Source: Myxococcales bacterium (GTDB taxonomy: Bacteria; Myxococcota_A; Polyangia; Polyangiales; DASUME01). Taken from it: DNA of 64,000 nt. The stretch covers positions 832,001 through 896,000 of the forward strand of contig JASGJH010000001.1 in NCBI GenBank assembly GCA_047601445.1. Reading direction: 5' to 3'. The notes under the pieces are model-generated. The model was not told the origin of the DNA and did not search any database. It saw only the letters and a list, made by a program, of their open reading frames with translations. The position numbers were made by a program, and so were the translations under genes. Positions 47,685-57,288 of the stretch are shown here, one piece after another (the first letter of the stretch is position 1; every line of letters starts with the position of its first letter).

Positions 47685-48413
47685 TCAGGAATCGTCGCTG
47701 AGTAGGAAATATTCGCTCGTCATCACGGTTTGAATACGCGGTAACTCCAGGAACGAAGTCACGCTCCGCAGCATGGCGCCCATGTTCTCCGCCAGGCCCT
47801 CGAGGCTGTGTGCGCAGTAGAACAGGTAGGGGTCCTCCACGTGCCGCGCTGAAGGCCAGGCCTCCTCCACGATGCCGCCATAGATGGGCGCACCAGGTGT
47901 CAGGCAGCGCGTGACCACGCTGCGCACGTAGCGCGTGCGCGGTTGCATGAGCTCCGACAGCGGTGACTGACGACCGTGCCAGTGCGCGATCCAGTCGGCG
48001 TAGAGAACATGGCGCGGGCGCTCGAGCAGCGTCACCGAGACCACGCCCGGTGAGCGTTCGCCGTCGGGCCAGTCGCGTGCACGTGCGTGTCGGTTTCCGC
48101 CGTAGTCGGTGTAGAGCATCTCGTCGACCGCGTAGCCGTGGACACGGTCGGCGCGCGCCTCGAGGGCGAGCTCGAGCTGGCTCTGCTTGCGGGGATCGTC
48201 GAGCGTGAGCGAGAGCAGGGCATCGAAGGGGGCACGTCCGGTGCACCCCGTGGAAGGAGAACGCACCCGGGCGTCGCTGTCGCGGCATTGCAACGTCAGG
48301 CGGTGTGCTCCGAGGTTGCGCGCGAGCTTGGGAAGCTCGTCGAGCAGGCGTTCACAGAAGCCATCGCGGTGTTGGTCGCCTGGAGCCCACAGCAGATAGA
48401 TCCACCTAGGCAT
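47685..48413 (-). CDS. EthD-like dimeric alpha/beta-barrel protein
   Basis: WIAHWHGRQSP, YVRSVV, GIVEEAWP, MTSEY. Start overlaps the SDR stop. Confidence 0.7.
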   Translation of the reverse strand: MPRWIYLLWAPGDQHRDGFCERLLDELPKLARNLGAHRLTLQCRDSDARVRSPSTGCTGRAPFDALLSLTLDDPRKQSQLELALEARADRVHGYAVDEMLYTDYGGNRHARARDWPDGERSPGVVSVTLLERPRHVLYADWIAHWHGRQSPLSELMQPRTRYVRSVVTRCLTPGAPIYGGIVEEAWPSARHVEDPYLFYCAHSLEGLAENMGAMLRSVTSFLELPRIQTVMTSEYFLLSDDS

Positions 48414-49219
48414 GCTTGCGCCCATACATCTTGCGCGTGGCCCGACTGATGAAGCTAACCGCCTGCGCACGCGGTAAGAAGCGCATCACGTAGGCCGCCG
48501 CCCGATTCACACTGCCCGGGATCATGCTCGGCGTCGCGCCCAACTTGGCCAATGCCTCGCGCGCGACTTGCTGGGCCTCCATGGGGCGCGCCAATGCACC
48601 ACCGTCGGCGGGCTGGCTGCTCTCGAAGGTCGGCGTGCGCGTGGCCCCCGCCACGCATGCGAGTACATCGACCCCGTGCCCGCGCAGCTCTTCCCAGAGC
48701 CCTTCGGCCAGCACCGTGTTGAAGGCCTTGGTGGCCGCATAGCTCACGACCATGGCCGTGCCCTGCAAACCGCTCATCGACGACATCAAGATCAGCCCGC
48801 CGCGCTTGCGCGCGCGCATGCTCTTGCCGAAGTGATAGGCCAGCGCCAAGGGCCCGCGACAGTTCAGGTCGATGGCTCGCAGATGATCCTCGAGCGCGTG
48901 GTCGAGGAATTCTCCCTGGATCGAGTGCGCTGCGTTGTAGACCATCAGGCCGATCTCGAGACCGGCGGTCGCGCTCGCGATGCTCTCCAGGGCCGAGGCC
49001 GCGCTCAGAATCCACCTCCAGGCAGCGCACCTCCACGGCGTGGCGACTCCGCAAGGTCTGGGCCAGGGCATCGAGCGGTCCACGTCGGCGCGCCGCGAGC
49101 ACGAGCGAGAAGCCGTGCTTGGCGAGCTCCTCCGCGAAGGCTCGACCGATGCCTTCGGACGCTCCCGCCACCAGGGCCCACGTACCATAGCGACGTATCA
49201 ACGCGGCGGAATCCAGCAC
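48406..49219 (-). pseudogene. SDR-family NAD(P)-dependent oxidoreductase, frameshifted at about 49010 (probably a sequencing artefact)
   Basis: ALVAGASEGIG lies in one frame; VYNAA, SS and YAATK lie in another. Removing one A from GAATC (49008-49012) joins them (EVDLSA). Confidence 0.88.
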
Positions 49220-49327
49220 GGCCCGCAAGCTAGTGCCTCGGAGCCTGCCTGGCCAGGAACTGGGATGCTCGGGCGGCAGGCGGCGCCATGGGGTTGAGCA
49301 TCCCGGGCCCTCACTGCAGGATAGGGG

Positions 49328-49606
49328 ATGGACTGGAAGCTGCTGAGCTCGACCTACTTCGCGATCTTGCTGGCCGAAATGGGGGACAAGACCCAACTGG
49401 CCACCATGAGCCTGGCGGCTGGGCAAAAGGCGCGCTGGACCGTGTTCGGGGCGGCAGCCTGCGCGCTGGTCACCTCCACTTTGATCGCGGTGCTCGCTGG
49501 CGACCTGGTGGCTCGCTACATCCCGCCGATTTGGATCCGGCGCGGCGCCGGCATTCTGTTCGTGGCGCTCGGCCTCAACATGCTGCTCGGCAAGAACGGG
49601 GGCTAG
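49328..49606 (+). CDS. TMEM165/GDT1 (UPF0016) family half-transporter
   Basis: AEMGDKTQLA (E-x-G-D-K-T signature); 3 TM helices. Confidence 0.92.
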   Translation: MDWKLLSSTYFAILLAEMGDKTQLATMSLAAGQKARWTVFGAAACALVTSTLIAVLAGDLVARYIPPIWIRRGAGILFVALGLNMLLGKNGG

Positions 49607-49615
49607 TCGTGCTTT

Positions 49616-50887
49616 CTAGGCGGTGGCCAGGGGCCGCGCGCGCTGAGGGCTTTCGGCCTTGTCGCCGCTGCTCCGATCGATGACGCTCTTGTCCGTGCGC
49701 TCGAGTTTGAGCAGTGACTCCTCGAGGTCGCTCACGATATTCGAGAAGTTGATGAAGGCCTCGTAGGGGCTTTCGTAGGGGCTGAAGTACGCGTGCACGT
49801 CGGCGTCGCCGAACCACTTGGTGCACATGTAGTAGTAATGATCGGACGTCGTGAGCTTGCGCCACAGCGCGAGCAGGCCTGGCTGATTGTGCTGCGCGAT
49901 GCGCTCCCTGAGCCCGTGCACGCGCTCGAGGGCCCGCGTTTGCATCTCGTTGCCGCACCAGGCAGAGAGGTCGCGCTCGTTGTCAGCCCAGGAGACCGTG
50001 CGAGGAAAGCTCAAGCTGGAGCGAGCCACCGACGTGGCGATCACCTCGGACGGAGTCTTGAAGCCAAAGCCGGGCTCACTCAACACGGCTTCGGGCAGCT
50101 GCTGCAGGAACTGAAAGATGCCGCTCTCCGACGCCTGGTGCTCACCGAAGGTCTCGTAGTCCATGAAGAGGTTCACGCTGTCGGCGCCCGCACCAGCTCG
50201 GTGCAGCCAGCCTGCGAACGTCTCGGGCGCGAGCGGGTAGTGGTCCCAACTGCGATCGGAGAATCGGAACGCGATGTCGTCGGACAGGCGGTAGTTCTTG
50301 AGCAGCAGCGCCAGCGTCGGATCCCCTGCGGCACGGTAGACCAGGTTGGGGCTCAGGCCGCCCGCGAGGATATCGTCGGCGCCCTCCGCCAGCATGCCCT
50401 GGAAACCGAGCGCGGCGACCTCGCGCCCGATGGCGTCGTCGTAGATGAGCTCGGTGTTGGCCAGCACCCGCGGCGTCACACCGAAGATGGTTTGCATGAG
50501 TCGTGTGTGGAGCTCCACCTGGGCGCGAAACTCGAGCGGGTCGTAGAGCGAGGCCAACGAATGGTGGTAGGTCTCTCCCAATAGCTCCACGGCGCCCGTC
50601 TCGACCAGGCGCTGAAAGCTCTCCACGACCTCGGGCGCGTAGGCCTCCATCTGCTCGAGCGCGACGCCCGTGATGGCGTAGGACACCCGGAAACGCCCCT
50701 CCGTGCGCTCGATGAGCTCGAGGATGGTCTCGTTGGCCGGCAGGTAGCACTTGGTGGCCACCTTCTGCAGGATCTCCCGGTTGAGTCTCTCGTCGAAGTA
50801 GTCGTGGTGCGCGCCCACCTGGAACACGTCGTACGGACGCACGCGATAGGGCTGGTGCACTTCGAAGTAGAAGCAAACCGAGGACAT
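49616..50887 (-). CDS. Glycoside hydrolase family 57 (alpha-amylase-like)
   Basis: FEVHQP, KCYLPAN, ETYHHSL, NTELIY, LSDDIAFRFS, FMDYETFGEH, SWAD, SDHYYYM. Confidence 0.93.
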   Translation of the reverse strand: MSSVCFYFEVHQPYRVRPYDVFQVGAHHDYFDERLNREILQKVATKCYLPANETILELIERTEGRFRVSYAITGVALEQMEAYAPEVVESFQRLVETGAVELLGETYHHSLASLYDPLEFRAQVELHTRLMQTIFGVTPRVLANTELIYDDAIGREVAALGFQGMLAEGADDILAGGLSPNLVYRAAGDPTLALLLKNYRLSDDIAFRFSDRSWDHYPLAPETFAGWLHRAGAGADSVNLFMDYETFGEHQASESGIFQFLQQLPEAVLSEPGFGFKTPSEVIATSVARSSLSFPRTVSWADNERDLSAWCGNEMQTRALERVHGLRERIAQHNQPGLLALWRKLTTSDHYYYMCTKWFGDADVHAYFSPYESPYEAFINFSNIVSDLEESLLKLERTDKSVIDRSSGDKAESPQRARPLATA

Positions 50888-50888
50888 C

Positions 50889-52325
50889 TCAGGTCTCCCC
50901 CAGCGCGCGCTGGTACACGTGGCGAACCTTGGCGGCGGAGGCCTCCCAGTGGACCCGGCGAACCTCCTCGCGCGCCATGTCGACGATGCTGCGCCGGAGC
51001 TCGGGGTAACTCAGGATGGCGATGATCTGACTGGCCAGCTTGTTGATGTCCCAGAAGTCCACCTTGAGCGCGTGCCGCAGGATTTCCGAGGCGCCCGACT
51101 GGCGTGACAAGATGACGGGCGTCTCGTAGCTCATGGCCTCGAGCGCCGAGATGCCAAAGGGCTCCGACACACTCGGCATGACGTAGGCATCGGCGGTGGA
51201 GAACAGGTGCTCGACTTCGGCTCCGCGCACGAAGCCAGGGAACTCGAAGGCTGCCTCGATGCCGAGCTCACGCACCCGGGCCTGCATCCGCGGCAACATG
51301 TCTCCGCTGCCCGCCATCACGAAGCGCGCATCGGGCACCTTTTCGAGCACCTTGGCCGCCGCCTCGACGAAGTACTCCGGGCCCTTCTGATAGGTGATGC
51401 GACCCAGGAACAACACCAGGGGCCCGCGGTTCGGATGCGCCTCCTCATAGGCGTTCACCGTGCGCCGCGCGTAGACTCCGTTGTGCACCACGTCGATGCG
51501 CTCGAGCGGCACGCCGTGCACTTCGTGAATCATCCGCGCCGTGTAGTGGCTGACCGCGATCACGCGCGTCGCGGCGCGCAGTCCGGCACCTTCGATGGCG
51601 GCGATGGTGGGGTTGGAGTTGCCGCCGCTGCGGTCCTGCTCGAGGCTGTGTACGTGCAGCACCAGGGGCACGCCGTGAAAGCGCGCCACCTGCGTCGCGG
51701 CCGGGAAGGTCATCCAGTCGTGGGCGTGGACCACGTCGGGGCGGCGCTCGCGCGTGGACTGGGCCACACGGGCTGCGTAGCGGGCGACCTCCTGGAAGAG
51801 GTCCTCTCCATAGTGGATGCCGCGCGCGGTGTCGGCCTGCGGGCTCGCCTGCCGGCGCTGTGCGGGCGGGCTCGCGAGGTCGTTCTCGCCCAGGAGCAGC
51901 GGCAGGGGATCGAAGCCGTCGAAATACTCGAGCGTGGCGCGGTCGCCGCGGCGCTCCATCATGGCCACGAGGCCCTGGTACTCCGCGGTGGAGAGATAGG
52001 GCGAGAGCAGCGCGGGAATGGCGGTGGTGCGCAGGCCGCCGGGTCGCTCGTCGTCCTCTCCTCCAGAGGTCACGCTGAGGGCACGAAACGGTGACTCGCC
52101 GCTGCTCGGACTACCCGCGCGCGGAGGAAACGACTCCGAGCTCATCAGCGCCATGTGCGGTGCGCGCTCGGTGCCGTACAGGTGGGGCACCACGAAGTCG
52201 ATGTCCACGGCCAGCGGGGCCAGCGCCGTGGTGAGTCCCTCGCATGCCGTTCCCAGACCTCCGCTGATTTGAGGCGGGTATTCCCAGCCGAGCATCAGAA
52301 CCTGAATTCGCTGCCCGTTCTTCAT
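50889..52325 (-). CDS. Glycosyltransferase family 4 (glycogen synthase-like)
   Basis: MLGWEYPP..SGGLG, HAHDWMT, HVHSLE, FLGRITYQKG, PSVSEPFGI..LEAM. Confidence 0.93.
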   Translation of the reverse strand: MKNGQRIQVLMLGWEYPPQISGGLGTACEGLTTALAPLAVDIDFVVPHLYGTERAPHMALMSSESFPPRAGSPSSGESPFRALSVTSGGEDDERPGGLRTTAIPALLSPYLSTAEYQGLVAMMERRGDRATLEYFDGFDPLPLLLGENDLASPPAQRRQASPQADTARGIHYGEDLFQEVARYAARVAQSTRERRPDVVHAHDWMTFPAATQVARFHGVPLVLHVHSLEQDRSGGNSNPTIAAIEGAGLRAATRVIAVSHYTARMIHEVHGVPLERIDVVHNGVYARRTVNAYEEAHPNRGPLVLFLGRITYQKGPEYFVEAAAKVLEKVPDARFVMAGSGDMLPRMQARVRELGIEAAFEFPGFVRGAEVEHLFSTADAYVMPSVSEPFGISALEAMSYETPVILSRQSGASEILRHALKVDFWDINKLASQIIAILSYPELRRSIVDMAREEVRRVHWEASAAKVRHVYQRALGET

Positions 52326-52688
52326 GCGCCTTGGTCCTCGCGGAAGTCTGGTACGCCCCTGTTTCGCGGCCGTTTCTCTCCAGTTATTTCTCTCGAGTCA
52401 CCCACTCGATCCGCCCCCGCGAAGCCCCCGTGGGCCCCACCCAAAGAAAGGACGGCTGAAAAGCCCGGATCACGTCGAAGCGCGGGCAGTTGCACCTCGC
52501 TGCAACCCCCGCTCACAACGTGCCTATCGGTGTACTCCAGCGCAAGCCAACTAGGCCATCTTTTCGCCGTGAGTTCGCAGAGAAAGCGCGGCTGACGCCT
52601 GCGCCGTGCCGGAGCCGAGCAGACGTCTCCGGTCAGCGAGGTGGATCGGACACGCTCCCGAAAAGGAGCTGGCCTGGGGACTTTCGGC

Positions 52689-54614
52689 TCAGATGTCCAG
52701 GCGAACGCCGATTTCCACGACCTGCTCGGGATGCAACCCGTAGTAGAGCGCGGCGGAGCGGGCGTTGCGGTTCATGAACGCGAACAGACGCTTTCTCCAG
52801 TGGGCCATCTTGGCCTTGCCGGTGGGCTGGACGCTGCTGTGGCCCACGAACACCGTCGCGTCCTTGGGCTCCACGGGCAGGCCGTTGTCGCGGCAGTGCT
52901 CGAGCACGCGTTGCACGCTGGGCGACTCCATGAAGCCGTAGCGGGCGGCCACCCGGATGAAGCCGTCGCCGAGCTCCTCCACCTCGATGCGCAGGGCGTC
53001 GGCTACGCGCGGCACACGCTCGGTCTGGATGGTCAGGAGAATCACGCGCTCGTGCAGCGCATGGGAGTGCTTCACGTAGTGCACCAGCGTGGGAGGCGCA
53101 CCGTGGTCATCGCGGGCCAAAAACACCGAAGTGCCCGGGACGCGCGCGATGTGGGCCAAGGACAAGCTCTGGAGAAACTCCGCTAGCGGCACGTTGAGGG
53201 ACACGTGGTGACGACGCACGGCCTCGGCGCCCGCGTGCCAGCTGGTCATGATCGCCACGAAGAAGGCGCCCATCAAGATGGGGAACCAGCCGCCGTGGGC
53301 GATCTTGATCAGATTGGCCGCCAGGAAGCCCAAGTCGATGGTGAGGAACGTGCCGACCAGAAGGACCGTCTTCGGCGTGCCCCAGCCGCGTCGCATGGCC
53401 GCGAAGAAGAGGATGCTGGTGACCCCCATGGTGCCCGTCACCGCGATGCCGTAGGCAGCTGCTAGCGCGGACGACGAGCGGAAACCCAACACCAGGCCGA
53501 TGCACGAGATCATCAACAAGGCATTGATCTGGGGCACGTAGATGCGCCCCTCCATGTCCTTGGAGGTGTGTACGATGGTCATGCGCGGCAGGTAGCCGAG
53601 CTGGACCGCCTGCTGCGTCAGGGAATAGACACCACTGATCAATGCCTGGGCCGCGACCGCCGCGGCGCAAGTGGCGATCACGACGGCAGGGTAGAGCAGC
53701 ATATCGGGCACCATCTCGAAGAAGATGTTGCCGATGGCGCTGTTCGGATGCGCCAGCACGTAGGCCCCTTGGCCGAAGTAGCTCATCAAGAGAGCCGGGA
53801 AGACCACCACGTACCAGGCCCAGCGGATGGGGCGACGTCCGAAATGTCCCAAGTCGGCGTAGAGCGCTTCGCCGCCTGTCACGCAAAGCACGACACTGCC
53901 GAGCACCGTGAAGCCGTGGGCGCTCTCGATCAACAGGTGCACCGCGTGGCGCGGGTCGATGGCCATCAAGACGCGGGGCTCACGCATGATCCATGGGGCG
54001 CCGAGCGCCGCGATCATGGCGAACCAAAGGGTGACCATGGGCCCGAATAGGGCTCCGATACGGCCGGTGCCGCGCTTTTGCACCGCGAACAGGCCCACCA
54101 GGATCAGCACCGAGATTGGGATCACCAGCGGTCGGATCCGGGGCGTGGCCACCTCCAGACCTTCCACCGCCGAGAGCACCGAGATGGCAGGGGTGATCAT
54201 GCCGTCGGCCATGAGCAATGCAGCCCCGGCCAATCCGAACCACAACAGCACGCCGCGGCGCGCGGACACGGAGCGGCCCTTGCGTCGCGCCAGGGTGAGC
54301 AAGGCCAGCACGCCGCCTTCGCCGTGGTTGTCGGCGCGCAGGATGAACGTGAGGTACTTGACCACGACCACCAGGATCAGCGACCAGAAGATCAGCGAGA
54401 CCACGCCGAGCACGTGCTCCTGATTCGGGCCAACGTGCACCAGGGACTCGCGGACGGCGTACAGGGGCGACGTGCCGATGTCGCCGTAGACGACGCCGAT
54501 GGCGCCGAGGGCGAGGGCCGAGAGAGACTTGAGCGACAGATTGCTATCGACCCCGTGAGCAGGGTCCGCTTCGGCCTGGCTCGAAAAATCCGAGGCCTTG
54601 GATTCCGTGGACAA
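52689..54614 (-). CDS. kup: KUP/HAK/KT potassium transporter
   Basis: GVVYGDIGTSPLY, ADNHGEGG, DGMITPAISVLSAVEG, TGGEALYADLGHFG, AAAYGIAVT. Confidence 0.97.
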   Translation of the reverse strand: MSTESKASDFSSQAEADPAHGVDSNLSLKSLSALALGAIGVVYGDIGTSPLYAVRESLVHVGPNQEHVLGVVSLIFWSLILVVVVKYLTFILRADNHGEGGVLALLTLARRKGRSVSARRGVLLWFGLAGAALLMADGMITPAISVLSAVEGLEVATPRIRPLVIPISVLILVGLFAVQKRGTGRIGALFGPMVTLWFAMIAALGAPWIMREPRVLMAIDPRHAVHLLIESAHGFTVLGSVVLCVTGGEALYADLGHFGRRPIRWAWYVVVFPALLMSYFGQGAYVLAHPNSAIGNIFFEMVPDMLLYPAVVIATCAAAVAAQALISGVYSLTQQAVQLGYLPRMTIVHTSKDMEGRIYVPQINALLMISCIGLVLGFRSSSALAAAYGIAVTGTMGVTSILFFAAMRRGWGTPKTVLLVGTFLTIDLGFLAANLIKIAHGGWFPILMGAFFVAIMTSWHAGAEAVRRHHVSLNVPLAEFLQSLSLAHIARVPGTSVFLARDDHGAPPTLVHYVKHSHALHERVILLTIQTERVPRVADALRIEVEELGDGFIRVAARYGFMESPSVQRVLEHCRDNGLPVEPKDATVFVGHSSVQPTGKAKMAHWRKRLFAFMNRNARSAALYYGLHPEQVVEIGVRLDI

Positions 54615-54748
54615 GAGGTCTCCGTTCGGGCGTTTCTTCGGGCCTCCAGCATAGCTCGTTCCGTGGGCCCCCGCCGGCCCTCACCCGCGCAAAGCCTGGC
54701 GCAAGAGACGTCCCCTGACTGGAGTGAAGCACTGCGAACGCGAGCGGG

Positions 54749-56092
54749 TCAGTTGGCCGTGCGCGAGCGCGGCAGGACCTTACTCACGGTGAAGCGTTCC
54801 ACCCGGTAGGGTTCACTCGGAGAAATCCCGCCCTTTTGCAGTGCCACGCGCAGCTGGTCGGCCACGGTATCGATGCCCTCGATATTGGGCAACAGGACAC
54901 CGCGGCGTAGCCCACGGGTCACGATGACACCGTAGCGGTGCGGGTCCAGATCGTCGTGGCTCGCCACGGCCTCCGGATCGTCCAGGATGCTCACGTCGAT
55001 GGTGAGCTCGGAAAGCTCCTCAGGCTCGACCGCGGGTACGCGATAGTCACGCGTGGCGGCGGCCGTTGCACAGTCGGCGACCTCCTCGGCGAGGGTCGCG
55101 TGAATCGGCTCGGTGCGTCCGATACAGCCGCGCAGTTCACCTGCGGCATCGCGCAGGCACACGAAGACGGCGCGCGCGTCGTGCCATGGCGCGTCGAGGT
55201 GGGGGGGAACGTAGAGGTCGCCGACGAGTTCTTTCTCGATGGCTTGCCGGGCCACGTCGAGCAAGGTGGAAGGCGGCGTGCGGTGTCTGATCTCGGCGCG
55301 ATCGGAGTAGAGGAGGGCTTCCAGGTAACCCACGCCGAAGGGGCTCTCGTAGGAGAACACCTTGAGTCCGCGCGCTCGAAAGGCGATCGCACCCGCGGCT
55401 ACCGCGGTGGATTGGATCACGTCCTCGGCCGCGGTGTCGGCTAGCGCGGGATCGATGCCGATGGCGCTACGTAGATCCCCTGCGCGCACGAATTCCACGA
55501 AAGTCTCGTCGAAGTGCGTGGCTCGAGGGTCGTAACCGAGCGGAGCGTCCAGCGTGAGTCGGTGGCTCATGTCACCCGACGCCAGCACCGCCCAGCGTTC
55601 TCCCAGCGAGAGCGCGGCCTCGCGTAGCACCTCTCCGAACAGCACCTCGGTCTGCAGTCCGGGCAGCGGTGGCGCTACCACCACGACTGGACCGCGGTAG
55701 CCGGCCTCGTGCACGAAGTAGAGCGGCACGAGCGTCCCGTGATCGAGCGCGTCACCGGGCAGCTCGCGGGTGGACAGTCCATAGCCGCGTGCCGCCGTGA
55801 CGATGGCTTCTGCGGCCAGACGTGATCCACGCACGCGCAGGTCGAGCTCCGGAAAGCCGAAGCGAGCGAAGCTGCCGCGCAGCTCGTGGGCGCCGACGAT
55901 GCCCCAGCTCTGCTCGTGACGGGGTGCGTGAGGGCTGACCAGCACGATCAGCTGCGGCTCGTGGGCGACGAGCGCACGCGCGGCTTCACGCATCGCGCGC
56001 GTGGTCTCCGCGCAGTCCGATTCACGCAGGCCTCCGATGGGGGGGACGACGATCGGAGCGTGGCACATGAGTACGGCGCAGGAGATCGACAT
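54749..56092 (-). CDS. amrA: AmmeMemoRadiSam system Memo/LigB-like + AMMECR1 fusion protein
   Basis: N-terminal CHAP, SPH, LDHG, ASGDMSH, YESPFGVGY; C-terminal AVFVCL...LRGCIG, DYR, GVLLP. Confidence 0.88.
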   Translation of the reverse strand: MSISCAVLMCHAPIVVPPIGGLRESDCAETTRAMREAARALVAHEPQLIVLVSPHAPRHEQSWGIVGAHELRGSFARFGFPELDLRVRGSRLAAEAIVTAARGYGLSTRELPGDALDHGTLVPLYFVHEAGYRGPVVVVAPPLPGLQTEVLFGEVLREAALSLGERWAVLASGDMSHRLTLDAPLGYDPRATHFDETFVEFVRAGDLRSAIGIDPALADTAAEDVIQSTAVAAGAIAFRARGLKVFSYESPFGVGYLEALLYSDRAEIRHRTPPSTLLDVARQAIEKELVGDLYVPPHLDAPWHDARAVFVCLRDAAGELRGCIGRTEPIHATLAEEVADCATAAATRDYRVPAVEPEELSELTIDVSILDDPEAVASHDDLDPHRYGVIVTRGLRRGVLLPNIEGIDTVADQLRVALQKGGISPSEPYRVERFTVSKVLPRSRTAN

Positions 56093-56096
56093 GACT

Positions 56097-57197
56097 TCAG
56101 ACCCTTTCGTGAATCGGTAGCCGGACGCGGCGAGGCCCCCATGAACCGGGCTTGGCCGCGAAGTGCCCCGCAAGTTGGTGACCGCAGAACCGACACGCGC
56201 CGGCGCCGGTGAGTTCGTAGTTGGACAGCAGGTACCAATCGCGCTGAATCAAGCGTTCGCCGCAAGCCGCGCAGTAGGTGGACTGACCGTCGACGTCGTG
56301 GACGTTGCCGGTGTACACGTGTTTGAGGCCGATAGCGAGCGCTTGGTTACGGGCGCGAGTGAGGGTGCTCGCGGGCGTGGGGGGGACGGATGTGAGCTTG
56401 AAATCCGGGTGGAAAGCAGTGAAGTGGAGCGGCGTCTCGGCGCCCAAGTTCTCGAGGAACCAGGAGCACAAACGCTCGACCTCGGCTTCGGAGTCGTTGT
56501 GTTCGGGGATGAGTAAGGTGGTGACTTCGAACCAGACCCGCGTTTCTTGCTTCAACCACACCAGCGTGTCCAGCACAGGTTGCAGTTCGGCGAAGCAAAG
56601 TTTTTTGTAGAAGCCCTCGGTGAACGCCTTGAGATCCACGTTCGCGGCGTCCATCGGTCGATAGAACGCTTCGCGCGCTTTGTCCCCGATATAGCCCGCC
56701 GTGACCGCCACGGTGCGTACGCCCTGTTCGCGCGCTGCCTCGGCGCAGTCGATGGCGTACTCCGCGAAAATCGTGGGATCGTTGTAGGTAAACGCGATGC
56801 TGCGACAGTCCGCGGCTTTGGCATGACGCGCGATGCTCTCGGGGCTCGCCGAGTCGGTCAGGCGATCCTGCTCGCGCGCTTTCGAGATGTCCCAATTCTG
56901 ACAGAAGCGACAGCCGAGATTGCAGCCCGCGGTGCCGAACGACAACACGCTCGTTCCAGGGAGAAAATGGTTGAGCGGCTTCTTCTCGATCGGATCGATG
57001 CAGAAGCCGGAGGCCTTGCCGTAGCTCGTCAACACCACGCCACCGTCCCGCGCTTCACGCACGAAACAGAAACCGCGCTGGCCTTCACTCAGTCGACAGT
57101 GCCGCGGACACAGGTCGCACTGGACCTTGCCGCCCTCGAGGGTGTGCCAAAACTCGCCGCGCACCACGTGCGGCGTCATGAAATGCCGAGTTCCCAC
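56097..57197 (-). CDS. amrS: AmmeMemoRadiSam system radical SAM enzyme
   Basis: CDLCPRHC, DPIEKKPLNHF, CNLGCRFCQNWDIS (CX3CX2C), AFTYNDP, PLHFTAFHPD, VYTGN. Confidence 0.95.
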   Translation of the reverse strand: MGTRHFMTPHVVRGEFWHTLEGGKVQCDLCPRHCRLSEGQRGFCFVREARDGGVVLTSYGKASGFCIDPIEKKPLNHFLPGTSVLSFGTAGCNLGCRFCQNWDISKAREQDRLTDSASPESIARHAKAADCRSIAFTYNDPTIFAEYAIDCAEAAREQGVRTVAVTAGYIGDKAREAFYRPMDAANVDLKAFTEGFYKKLCFAELQPVLDTLVWLKQETRVWFEVTTLLIPEHNDSEAEVERLCSWFLENLGAETPLHFTAFHPDFKLTSVPPTPASTLTRARNQALAIGLKHVYTGNVHDVDGQSTYCAACGERLIQRDWYLLSNYELTGAGACRFCGHQLAGHFAAKPGSWGPRRVRLPIHERV

Positions 57198-57288
57198 AGC
57201 GCAAACGTAACCACGCTCGCAGCGTAGGAAGTGGCTTTTTCTCTGAGATGGTAGCGGAGGCCCTGCGAGAGCGACGCGTCAGATGCGC